64,000 bases of DNA from assembly GCF_001194135.2 (NCBI RefSeq), contig NC_069004.1, forward strand, positions 22,362,516-22,426,515, read 5' to 3'. Below, in pieces: positions 37,329 through 50,330 of the stretch; positions within the stretch are counted from its first letter, which is position 1, and each line of letters opens with the position of its first letter. The stretch is from Octopus bimaculoides (Eukaryota). Both the position numbers and the translations under genes were made by a program. The notes beneath the pieces are model-generated. The model was not told the origin of the DNA. It did no database searches and was given only the letters and a program-made list of their open reading frames with translations.

Positions 37329-37899
37329 GCACACGCACACAGAGAGAGAGCAGATGCTCATGTACCAGATATACACATGCATGCACACACACACACATCG
37401 ACAAACTAATGTCTCTTACAAACCAAACCTCACTTCCTAGACAGAGAGTCACCACCAATATCCTGTCCTAGCATGTGGTTCTAGGAATTTATATATATAT
37501 ATCCATTGTGTGCATATGCACATGTATGCATATTTAGTGTGTATGAGTTTATGTGTATATATCTGGTATGTGAATATTCATATCTCTAGTGTATGGGTGT
37601 ATGTCTGGTATGTCCTGATGTGTTGATGTGCTATATGTACTACCACTCAGTGGCAACAGTGTTTTGGAGTGAGTAACCAGATTTGTTGTATTCCAATAAG
37701 CAATTAAATTAAATGGCTCAATTAACCTTGACAATTGCATCTACTGGAGACCTGAGAATCTGCATATTATGAAAGAACATCATGTTAATTTATCAAGAGT
37801 TACTATATGGGACAGCTCATCATCAAAGGAATAAAGATATAGAGTTCTATTTCCTGCAAGATAGAATAATACTACACTACCATAGTAATGTAAGGGTGT

Positions 37900-38080
37900 A
37901 AGTCAAATAGGTGGACTGGATGAAGAACCTCAGTAGAATACCTTCTGCATTCACCAACTCTCACAACTCCGGACTATTTCATAGGGATACTTAAAAGATA
38001 AAGTTTATGGTACAAAACTGGCAACAGATTACAAATTAAGGACAACTATTGAATGAGAATGTGAACAAATATTGAATGAA
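37900..38080 (+). mobile_element. Tc1/mariner transposase relic
   Basis: Frameshifted PTLTTPDYF(IW)GYLKDKVYGTK motif. Confidence 0.6.
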
Positions 38081-41000
38081 ATATTTCTTGGTGTTTGCAT
38101 TTCTGTTTGCATTGCATTATCAGTGCCTTGTCTAGAACCATGGTTAGTTTGAAAACAGGAGTGCATAAAGAAATGAAATTCTGTCTGTAGCTCCTATTAA
38201 CTTTTGAAAATGAAATGTTTTAATAAACACTGACTTTAAAATCATTCAGTTTGTGTTAACACTGTTTTGGGTATCTTGCTGTAGAAAATCTGCCTCAAGA
38301 AATTACATCTGATCTATGCAAGCATGAATGATGATGATGATGGTAATAATGCATATAAAATATAATCTCAATAATATGGAGAATGTATGATGATTATTGT
38401 TAAAAGACAAAGTATAGCAAAATAAATTCTTGATATACATATATATGAGAGGATACTGAAAAGTTCCTGGCTTTGGGTAAAAGAAAATACACAGATCAGT
38501 TAATTATGATTTTATTCAGTATATTCCCCTCTCAGACGCTTATTGCAGTGGTCCTTCAGTTTTGCTAAGCCCTGTAAAAGAACTCTGAAGGTGGGGCCTC
38601 CAGCCAGGCCTTTCATGATACCCTCAAAGCCAGGAACTTTTCAGCACCCCCTTGTATAAGCCTCTTCCTCCTCTACTTTTCCATGCTTGCATGGGTTAGA
38701 TAACATTTGTTAAAGTAAAGTATCTACACATCACATTATGATATATGGTCAGTCAATTTACTCTGTGTTTGTTAACTGCTCAGCTATTCCACTAACAAAG
38801 AAAACAAGTATACCTCTAGTATTCCTACAATATACTAATATAGTATTGTTGTGTAATTGAGAAAAACATGGGAAACTAAACATCATTATCATTTGATGTC
38901 CTCCTTCCATGCTGACAGTTTGACAGGAGCTGGCAAGGTTTCTATGGCTGGATGTCCTTCCTAATGCCAACCACTTTACAAAGTATATTGAATGTTTTTT
39001 TTTATGTGGTACTGGCTCCAGTGAGGTCATCAAATAACTTGCAAAACATGACCCCTCAACTGAGGTGGAAATAGTATTGAAGAAGCTGGTTTTGTGCCAG
39101 ATTATGAGAGGGTAGAGTATGATAGAGGGACAGAAACGTGTCTTGTTGTGGATGAGATAAATGGTTACTCCAGTTGAGAGAGAGAGAGAGAGAATGGGTA
39201 AGATGGTGAAGATGTGATGGGGCATATTCTCAAATTACAGGGAAGCATATGTAAGGGGAATCAGGGATTGGACAGGCTGGGTGTATAAGTTCACTAGATT
39301 GCAAAAGGAAAGGTAAGTGGAGATGAAGGGGAAAGTGGTGAGTGGACACGGGTGTTAGGAGGATATGTTGTGACATATCATGTGCAGATCGGTTCATGAG
39401 GGAGAGTGGGTGGTTGAGGGGAAGCGAATACTCTGAGCAGTGAACATAGGTGGAAGGAAGTGTTAGGAAGATGGTTTGTTGAGTATAGATTGTGTGTGGA
39501 GATACGGATATAAAGGATATACTTTTATGGCCTCAGTATTACTTAGCTAGATGGGCCTTTTCAAACACAGCAAATTGCCAATCATCTTGGTCCTTTGCCA
39601 TCTCCCCTGGTGCAATTAGCCCTTCAGCATTGAAATTACTTTGTCAAGCGTAATGCTTATTTATCGTCATTGTTTTGAATCAGTCATAAAATATCTTGTA
39701 GCATCAAGATTTTGATGATGTGATTGTTTAGTTTCAGAATGACTGCAGGGTGGATGTGAAAGGCCAGATCTGGCCAGTTTGAACATAAAACAGGTAGAAT
39801 ATTTTGGCTAGAGATGGCCAGTTTAAATGCTAAAGGATTTAGTTGTTTTCATCAAAACGTAAACCAATGAATTGGACAGAATCTTTTGGCAAACACAAAT
39901 TTTGAAAATAGATCATTCAGTTGTGCTTAACTTTTAGCATTCAGTCTGGCCATATCTGACGACCCAAACATTTTACCTGTTTTATGCTTGAATTGGTCAG
40001 ATCTAGTCTCTCATACCTACCTTACAATCACATCATTACAATTTAAAAGCTACAAGATAAAGCATATTTAAAACAATGTGAATCAATAAGAATTGCATTT
40101 GTCAGAGAAATCTGAATGGTGAAGGGTTAAAGGCTTTGCTGGGGCACCATCTTGAAGAATTTTTATTTGAATGAATTAACCCCTGTACTTTTTTTTAAAG
40201 CCTGCTACTTATTCTATTGGCTTCTTTTGCCGAACTGCTCAGTTACGGAGATGTAAAATCACCAACATCTGTGATGGGGAGAACAAAGACACACACGTAT
40301 ACATCTATCTATCTATCTATCTATCTACACAATGGGCTTCTTTCAGTTTCCATCTACCAAATCCATTCCAATCTGAAGCTAAAGTAGAAGACACTTGTCC
40401 AAGGTGCCTTGCCATAGGACTGAATCTGGAACCATGTGGTTGGGAAGCAAGCTTCTTACCACACAGCCATGCCTGCACCTTTGTATATTTGAACCATTTT
40501 ACCATACTTAATTTTATTAATTTAATTTAGTAATTAATAAATTTGTACAACTTCTTTAGAAAATTACTTCAGTATGCATTTGTAATTTGTTTTGATAAAA
40601 TACAAAAACTGACAAAATATGTGCTTTATATGAAAAAAAAAAAGAAAAAAAAAAGAGATAAATAGAAAATTGAAAATGGATTCCAGATTTAAATTTAGTA
40701 TCTTAGAAATACATAGAATCAGTCTAAAAATCCATGTCACTGTAAATGGCTAAGACTGGTATAAAATCTCTGGATATAGACTGCCTGCAATGTATATAGA
40801 TAATCTTTGTGTAGGTAATCTGTGTGTATATAGAACAGCTGCCATGTATCTTTTATCATTTACCTTTTCTTGTTTCAGTCATTGACTGTGGCCATCTTGG
40901 GGCTCTGCCTTGGAGAAATGTAGTTTTATGAATTGACCCTACTACTTGGTTTTTTTCTTCTAATAGTCTCTTTTGCCAAACTGCTACTTTTATGGGGATG

Positions 41001-42109
41001 TAGACACACCAACACTGCTTGTCAGGTGGTGGTGGAGACAAATACAGCCATAAAGGCACACACACGCACAATGGGCTTCTTTCAGTTTCCATTTACCATA
41101 TCCACTCACAAGGCCTTGGTTGGCTCAAGGCTATTGTAGAAGATACTCAAGGTGCCATGCAGTAGCACTGGACCCAGAACCATGTGGTTAGGTAGCAAAC
41201 TTCTTACCACACAACCACACCTGTACCTATGTATATGTAATCTGTGTGTATACACACTGATGTGCTATATACATAGATGATGATCTATATATACACAGCA
41301 AATGATATATATAATCTACAAAAATACAGATGATTATTGTATTCACAAAATATCTAAATACATGGCAGATAATCTACTGAATATACATACGTATAGACAA
41401 CTTACCATGATATAGATAATACATGTATGTAGATAATTTTCTGTATTTGCATATCACTTTCTTTGAAGATTCCTTTAACCCTTTAATGACCATAACTTTT
41501 AATGAAATAAATGAATTGATTAATGAAATATTTTCTGCCTGTATTTTAGTTAATTTTTAAAATAATCAAGAATTTGGAGATGTAAAATAACTAGTTTCAT
41601 TTATTAGTTTATCAAACTGGTGTATGTGATAATGTAATTAAAGGCTCTTAATAGAATTATGATGGAAGATTTTATTTTGAATATAAACTCTTTAAAACAG
41701 ATTTGTTTCATAGAACTAGAAGTTTTAATGACTTAGTCAGAAAAGGAAGGGTAGCACCTGCAAGTTATCCTCAGCCCGGATGTTTACAACTGGGCCTGGA
41801 TATTTACAGCAGATTAGACTCTGCTAAAGCCATCAGAGAACCAGGTAGTGATGTTAAATCAAGGGATAGATTAAGTCTACCATATGAAAATAAGAGCTTC
41901 CATACAGTTCCCATCTATTTAATTTCACTTACAACCTGGAGTTATGAAAGATGACATTTACCATGGTGCATCTCAGTGGGAAACCAGAATAAAGTTATTT
42001 GTTAAGCAAATTTCTTAACTATGAAAGTGCAATCTGTGTGTCCCGGTTGGTATTATCCCTGCATTTGTTGTGTATACAGGCATTCTCTTTATGTATGTAG
42101 CACTGATGG

Positions 42110-42950
42110 GGCAGCAGGGTTGGATGCTCTGTGAAACTAACAGACTTTAAATGTGATCAGGTGTTCAGGTGCCACTTGTCTAATAAGCCTGAATGTGAGA
42201 TTTCCACCCTCCTAAACATCCCTACGTCTGCTGTTTCCAATGTAATAATGTAGAAATGGGACGTGTACAACTGAAAAGCATTTGGAGACTGTCGACTGTT
42301 GAAGAAGGTCATATAGCATAATTGTCTATCACCCCTCACCAGCATCACACAGGAATTCCAAACTGCAGCAGGATCTACTCCAAGCATCATGTCTGTTTGG
42401 TGTGAGGTGGGGAAACTTAGTTTCCATGGGGACAGCTGACTTGTAATTGATGAAGAGGTCTCGGCAGGCTGCTTTTGGTGGAACACTGTGTTGATTCTTC
42501 CTCTGTCTGTGATGCTTAAATGAAAGTCGAGTAAGGCGAGGGAACCATCATCGTTCAGGTATTTGATGGTGAAATTGATGTACTGGTCCATGTCATTGAA
42601 GCTTTTCAGTATTGTGTAGGCATTCTCATGGGATATAGTGAGCATGAAGATGTCCAGACACCTGTTGAAGAAGGCACATGAGCAGCAAGTACTGAGTGCT
42701 CTATTCTCCAACTGGAGTATGACATTGATAGTCCAATCCAACTGAAAGAACACTTAACTATTAATGTGTCTTCTACAAGCACTAAATCAAATGTGGCAAC
42801 ACCACCAAAGAGAGATGCTTCCATACTGACTATGGAGAGGAATACAAGAAATTTCCATATCAAGGGATCCTTACTGATCTCCCGGCTTAACCTGAAGATT
42901 AACAGTCAGTTGGAGTTGGGCTAATGGCTCCTATAAATTACCAACAGCCC
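42110..42950 (-). mobile_element. Penelope-like RT relic
   Basis: ORF 42157..42753 contains ILKSFNDMDQYINFTIKYLNDDGSLALLDFHLSIT, the PLE RT 'FTIE...GSLAFLD' region. Confidence 0.8.
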
Positions 42951-43638
42951 CCTACATTACTGTGGCTATGACTAGCAACATCATCACTATGACAGTGATA
43001 CAAACATCATTTTTGCTCTCAGCATAGCTACTACCATTGCCATTGTCTGCCTTGATGAAGTTTGTTGCTGTTGCCAGCACCAACTTGTCAATGACTACCA
43101 CAAGGTCATACATCTCTGACTACGACCATCACATTTACCACCACTGCTAAGAGCTCCATTGTAGACAACACCATCACTGACTAATACCACAGCATTTACC
43201 ACCATTGACAACCACCTCCACCACTACTACCAAGCTACAGCCTGTCTTCCACTATTGCCCTCTGTGTGACATCTACAGCACCAACAACACATCATTTGGG
43301 GAGCTGCTTTTCCTAGCACAATCACTAAACTAAAATGGAGCCACTGCCCATCCAGCTATCCAAATAGTAGGATCTACTTTGGCACATTCCTCTGACTGTA
43401 CACCTCTAAAATTGAGCATTTGTGCCCAAAATACATAATGGCTTTTCAATTTTCATCTCTGCATTGTTAGGCTTCCTCATTTCCCTTTTCACACATGCAC
43501 GCACGCACGCACGTGTGTGTGTGAGTAGAGTAACTAAAAAAGAGAAAAATAACCAAAGTGTGTAGTATAAATGTATCCATTTATGAAAGTTGAGGCAATT
43601 CTCATACATACATACATGTACTCCACACAAACACATTT

Positions 43639-43672
<34 letters not shown>

Positions 43673-44149
43673 ACCATTTCATAATAAACATGAATGATAG
43701 GATTGCTGCATGTTAATGATGTCATCATTTATGGATTTTGCTATTGGCTCCAGTTTTCTATTTTTTCTCAACAATCAGGAAGTTTGTCTTAGTTTATCAC
43801 TGGTGAGTTCTTCATCTGTGTTTTTTAATCTTTCAGCTGAGTTGAGCTATTAATACCATTTTGTTGATTAAGCTGGTGTTTTTTCCGAAAGGATGGTTTT
43901 GTTGGGGTAGGAATTCTATATAAGATTAGTTATGTTGTGAATATTTTCCTATCTAATTTAATCGTGTTTTGTGTGATGTAATGTTTAGCAGTAACTCTTT
44001 GTTCTAGATGCATTGTCAACCAATGAAAATGTGTTGTATGTTCAATGCAAACTCTCATGAAGTCTGCAACTTTCAAGATTGCATATAAACATATTTAAAC
44101 CTTGTGTCAGTCCTGACTATACAGACCTGTATATATATATATACACATG

Positions 44150-44265
<116 letters not shown>

Positions 44266-44397
44266 TACTTGCTCACTCATTCACTCTGATCAAAAATATC
44301 TGGATACCCCATGAAACGTGTGTTTATAATAGAGGGTGACACAGTAGATCATAGAGGCTGACTGGTCAGTGTTCTCAGTAGCCACCAGACAGTGCTA

Positions 44398-44717
44398 GGC
44401 AGCAGGGTTGGATGCTCTGTGAAACTAACAGACTTTAAATGTGATCAGGTGTTCAGGTGCCACTTGTCTAATAAGTCTGAATGTGAGATTTCCACCCTCC
44501 TAAACATCCCTACGTCTGCTGTTTCCAATGTAATAATGTAGAAATGGGACGTGTACAACTGAAAAGCATTTGGAGACTGTCGACTGTTGAAGAAGGTCAT
44601 ATAGCATAATTGTCTATCACCCCTCACCAGCATCACACAGGAATTCCAAACTGCAGCAGGATCTACTCCAAGCATCATGTCTGTTTGGTGTGAGGTGCGG
44701 AAACTTAGTTTCCATGG
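44398..44717 (-). repeat. 320-bp near-identical direct repeat of 42110-42429
   Basis: Offset 2288 bp; I count only two substitutions. Confidence 0.92.
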
Positions 44718-44807
44718 AAGAGCAGCTGCCCATAAGTCACACATCACACAGACAATGTGGTGATCTGATGTTAGGGTGTGGGTGTGACGAATGCCTGGTA
44801 AACAATA

Positions 44808-44862
<55 letters not shown>

Positions 44863-45217
44863 CCTTGGCTATTTCTAGGTGCTGAGGGAACTTGCCTCCT
44901 TTGTCAGTCATTAAGATAAGGTGCTTCTTGTGGCTACGAGTTGTTTTAACTCTTATTTGTAGCAATTCTGGTGCTGACTTGTGCCCTCAGCCACTTTTGT
45001 GACATGTATATTTCTGCTTTTTGGTTGTAAAATTGCGAACAAGTCACCCTTGTTATTTATACAAATGTGTATGTGTGTGTGTGGAGTTGGTTAGCTTGGG
45101 ATATGGACATGTTCTGTGTTCATGAAGAGCCAGGTTAACCTGTTATAATGTGTGTATGTAGACTAAGTGAATAAAAAATACAATTTGTGACACATAAGTA
45201 TGAAATATATATTTTAT

Positions 45218-45258
<41 letters not shown>

Positions 45259-46752
45259 CTTTTACATAGTTTACATCATCACTCAAAACCAAGTTAATGG
45301 ACCATTCCCATGGATTTGAGAAATAATTAGACAGTCATACAGACTGACACAAAAGGGCTCTTTTGTGTGAGTATCTATAATTATTTTTCAAATACACCTT
45401 AATGATTGCTGTAAAGTTACTGGCACCCTTGGGATGCTGAATGTTGGTGCCCTGGCAAACTGAATTTTGGTATCCTTACAGATGTAATTTAAAATTTAAA
45501 ATATCCTTTTCAAGAAGTAAAAACTGAAAATATAGGAATTGGGTGGCTATTATATTTTAAGTATAGGAATTATTTTAATTTTTCCTTTGTTTCTCGGATC
45601 CCAAATGCATGACATAACACCTACCCCAGCATGTCGTACGCCAGACAACAGCTTTTACTACACATTTATATATACAGAATGAAGGTGTGTAGTATAGTTG
45701 TTAGGGTATTTGGTTCACTGTTATAAGATCACAAGTTCAAAAACTGGCAGCATGTTGTCCTTGAGCAGGACACTTTATTTGCTGTTACTCCAGTCCACTC
45801 AGCTAGCAAAAATGAGTAGTATCTGTAATTGAAAGGGCCAACCTTGTCACATTCTGTGTCATGCTGAATCTCCCTGAGAACAACGTTAAGGGTACATATC
45901 TGTGGAGTGCTCAGTCACTTACACATTAATTTCAGGCTGTTCTGTTGATCAGATCAACCCTTATCATTGTAACCGATGGAGTGTCAGTTAGTTGTTATAT
46001 ATAAACATTTTCAGAAATAATGTATATATAATTATAGGAACAGGTGCAGGCAAGCTGTATTAAGAAATTCAATTTGGAGCTTTGTGGATTAGGGTTTTTC
46101 CCACTGCATGGACACTGTTGAATGATGTTTTCTACAGTAACTATAGGTGAACCAATGCCTTGTGAATTTGGTAGAAGGAAACTGAAAGAAGGCCTTGTGT
46201 GTGTGTAATATATATAATCAATAGCACAATCAGGGTACCCAAATGCATAACCAGCAAAATGAAAAAAACTTGGTGAAAATACTTTTTTTGCTGTTTGTTA
46301 CAAATTTTCATTTGATGTAAGAAAAATTTTAAATTCTTGATCAAAATGTGCATAAATTAGCATTTTAACTAGGGGTGTCAAATTACATAAAAATTCCTAA
46401 TAATAATAAAAGGATAAATTTTTTTTTCTTCTTAAATTGCTTGTAAATATTCCTGATAAATACCTCTTTCATTCACCATTAGTACATAACCATAACATAT
46501 TATGAAATATGAATTAATTTTATATTTTATTTAATCAAAATAGACACTCAATTTTGAAGACATTACTTTGAGTTGATATTAAACCACTTTCATATATATT
46601 TTATGATATTTTGCATTAGTAAAAGAGTTACAAGTTGAAACTTTCAATGAATTAATAACTTATATATGTTGGCCATTATTAAGAAGTTTTATGAAATTAG
46701 GGCTGACATGTTGGAAGATATGGTATTTTTCATATCTAAACATAGATACAGT

Positions 46753-46880
46753 AATGAATTTTGAAATTTATGTTGACATGAGTCAATGAATTTTGAAATT
46801 TATGTTGACATGAGTCAATGAATTTTGAAATGTATGTTGACATGAGTCAATGAATTTTGAAATGTATGTTGACATGAGTT
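46753..46880. repeat. 32-bp minisatellite x4 (AATGAATTTTGAAAT(T/G)TATGTTGACATGAGTC)
   Basis: Units start at 46753, 46785, 46817 and 46849. Confidence 0.95.
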
Positions 46881-46887
46881 GATATCC

Positions 46888-47250
46888 TAGGTGTGACACT
46901 TTGCTTCCCTCTGCTTTGCTCTATGCCTAGCCACTCTCTGTCTGTTCATCATCATCATCTTCTCTTGAGAAGCCTGTTGTTCCTTGCACTTTGCTCAATA
47001 TCGAGCATTTTGATTCCTTTTCTTTGCATTCTTTGCTTCATCCCTAATGTCTTCTCTTGTTAGTCTACCTTTCCTTTTCATGGCATCCTTTTTCTCTGTG
47101 TATCTTGCTCTTTGCTTTTGTAATATTTCTTCTTTCTTCTGTTGATAATTTGCCTTGTTTTGAGCTGCCCTTTTGTCCTTTTTTTAATTTCATGTAATAT
47201 GCGGGCCTTTCAACACCATCCATATCGTGAAAGTGTTGTGTATGAATCTG
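46888..47250 (-). pseudogene. disrupted Lys/Arg/Glu-rich coiled-coil-like ORF, origin unknown (possibly transposon-derived)
   Basis: KKDKRAAQNKANYQQKKEEILQKQRARYTEKKDAMKRKGRLTREDIRDEAKNAKKRNQNARY*AKCKEQQASQEKMMMMNRQRVARHRAKQREAK; one frameshift in an A-run and one TGA. Confidence 0.45.
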
Positions 47251-48396
47251 CATTGTAAAAGGACATTATGAATGTATAGTCAATAAGTATCTTTAGTACA
47301 TATACTTCAGTTTTAAATGGCCATATTTAAAATAACATTTGGGATCATATAATTCAAAATGCAATAAATAATGCTAAAATTACTTCTATTCAAATGTTCA
47401 CCCTCCTCAGAAAACAATCATATGACCTTGAGACATTAGGTCAGTCTTTTTCATCCGCAGCAATATATAAACATATAGTAATTTAAGTTCTTATTGCTCA
47501 AACTTGCTAAAATTTTCACACAGTGGATCACTACATGCGTACAGTTTATGCTTAAAAAAATGAAGGATATTGAATAAGGGAAAGAAATGTTTTACCTTGA
47601 CAAATAATGATGTGTGTCACCGGAAATTCTGAAAAAAACAGGTGAACTTTTTTTTCCTCAGCATTTGAAGATGGCTGAAAACTCAAAACTGCCTGAATGT
47701 ATATTCAGCATACCACACTGCAGTGTGTGTTCAGTACTTTCAGTAAAAGTAGAAAAAAAAAAAACTGTTTCCTCATGTATGGCCATATAGCATGGGTTAA
47801 AAGTTCACAAGGTTGCTTAAATGAGCCAGCATTATTCTCCTATCATAAGCATGACATCTGACTTCATAACTTTCTCGAGTAGAGAGGGTCACTGTTGTTT
47901 ATTGCCTGAGAAAAACCCATTAATTTGATACCAAACACATAGAGATAGTCTTGAAATTCAGACCTCAAAGCACTTATTTTAATGCATTGCATGGGTTTTG
48001 GGGGACTTTCTGTCAAGTAATCTGAAGTAATTAACAGCAACTATAAGATCATCAATTGTGTTTAAATACTTGATTATTGATATCTAAGCATACTACATGT
48101 GAATTTTGAAGTCAGTTGGTGCATTTTCTAAGAAGTTACACCTGTTTAAAGTGAAAAACCATGTTTGGGTACCCTGATTGGGCTATATATATCTCATGTT
48201 TGTAATCCTTCATGTTAAGCATGTCTGACTATTTTGCTGTTTGTTGTTTGTAGGACTAGGGGAAATTTTATCTTACTTGGGAGCAGGAAGATCATCTGGC
48301 CATGGAAAATCTACCTCAGCAAAGTTTGATCTGATATATACCAGCATGAATAAAGAACATTAAAATAATGATGAGGGTAATTGTGTGTGTGTGTGT

Positions 48397-48432
<36 letters not shown>

Positions 48433-49989
48433 NNNNNNNNNNNNNNNNNNNNNNNNNNNNNNNNNNNNNNNNNNNNNNNNNNNNNNNNNNNNNNNNNNNN
48501 NNNNNNNNNNNNNNNNNNNNNNNNNNNNNNNNNNNNNNNNNNNNNNNNNNNNNNNNNNNNNNNNNNNNNNNNNNNNNNNNNNNNNNNNNNNNNNNNNNNN
48601 NNNNNNNNNNNNNNNNNNNNNNNNNNNNNNNNNNNNNNNNNNNNNNNNNNNNNNNNNNNNNNNNNNNNNNNNNNNNNNNNNNNNNNNNNNNNNNNNNNNN
48701 NNNNNNNNNNNNNNNNNNNNNNNNNNNNNNNNNNNNNNNNNNNNNNNNNNNNNNNNNNNNNNNNNNNNNNNNNNNNNNNNNNNNNNNNNNNNNNNNNNNN
48801 NNNNNNNNNNNNNNNNNNNNNNNNNNNNNNNNNNNNNNNNNNNNNNNNNNNNNNNNNNNNNNNNNNNNNNNNNNNNNNNNNNNNNNNNNNNNNNNNNNNN
48901 NNNNNNNNNNNNNNNNNNNNNNNNNNNNNNNNNNNNNNNNNNNNNNNNNNNNNNNNNNNNNNNNNNNNNNNNNNNNNNNNNNNNNNNNNNNNNNNNNNNN
49001 NNNNNNNNNNNNNNNNNNNNNNNNNNNNNNNNNNNNNNNNNNNNNNNNNNNNNNNNNNNNNNNNNNNNNNNNNNNNNNNNNNNNNNNNNNNNNNNNNNNN
49101 NNNNNNNNNNNNNNNNNNNNNNNNNNNNNNNNNNNNNNNNNNNNNNNNNNNNNNNNNNNNNNNNNNNNNNNNNNNNNNNNNNNNNTAGGTACTGGAGTGA
49201 CAGTGTGGTAAGAAGATTGCTTCCCAACCACATGGTTCCGAGTTCAGTCCCATTGTGTGGCATCTTGGACAAGTGTCTTCTACTATAGCCTCAGGCTAAC
49301 CAAAACCTTGTGAGTGGGTTTGGTAGGTGAAAACTGAAAGAAGCCTGTCATAAGTATATATACATATATCTAAACCATAAAAAGTCAGAAGGTATGAGGG
49401 ACGAATATATTTATCTAACCACTTGGTATTCATAGGATTACAGATGTTTTGCAGCCTTCATCATGTAATAATTATGTCTGTGTATGATAAATTTTACATT
49501 TCTGCATCAATATGCATGCTACACATTGTACAATACAATTGTACATTTAAAAATCAAGGCAGATATAGAAGGCTAGTTCTTAAGATCACCAGAACATCTT
49601 GATTACACCAATGCTTCAGTTCTGCACATACTTACAAAATTTTCCTATATAAATATATATAGCGATAAATATATGTATGTGTGTGTCTTTGTGTCTGTGT
49701 TTGTCCCCCATCACCACTTGACAGCCAGTGTTGGTGTGTTTACATCTGCGTAACTATGCAGTGTGACAAGAGACTGATAGAATAAGTACCAAACTAAAAA
49801 CAAAAAAAGTCCTGGGTCGATTAATTTGACTAAGAATTCTTCAAGGTGGTGTCCCAGCATGGCCACAGTCTAATGACTGAAGCAAGTTTTACGCAGTTCG
49901 ATATTGTCAATTTTTACCTGTCAATATCTAGGCTTTTGCTTCTAAAAGCATCAGACTTCACCAGGCAGTATGTCATCATTGATAGCTCG

Positions 49990-50330
49990 GAAATAGATAT
50001 TATCCTGCATGCAAGGAAATCCCTTCTTTTTTTACGATGATTCCACCTGGGTCAAAAAGAGTGACGATTCTCTTTTCGATGTACTGATGGGGATATATGA
50101 TGGGATGGAGTTGTGTATGCTTATAGGAACTTATATTTTGCATAATCTGCATCTAGAATTCCCTTTTATAAATGCAGGATTATACAGGGATAATAGTTTT
50201 ATAGTCACCCATAATTTAAACAGCCATGAGCTAGATAAACCTAGGAAGAATCTGATTACTTGGATTTGCAATTAGATAAATTTAAACCCTATTGCAAGCT
50301 CAATGAAAAGCTATGTTATATTAGCAAAAA
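49990..50330 (+). mobile_element. Penelope-like RT fragment
   Basis: ORF 50009..50275 WVKKSDDSLFDVLMGIYDGMELCMLIGTYIL...GLYRDNSF matches the PLE RT pattern FDVTMGSYDGAE.CELVG...GLYRDDG. Confidence 0.82.

Noticed and set aside
42110-42429. Hammerhead ribozyme in the duplicated Penelope segment
   Set aside because: No CUGANGA...GAAA arrangement found on either strand.
46753-46880. 32-bp repeat as a CRISPR array
   Set aside because: Units are directly adjacent with no spacers, there are no cas genes, and the context is eukaryotic.
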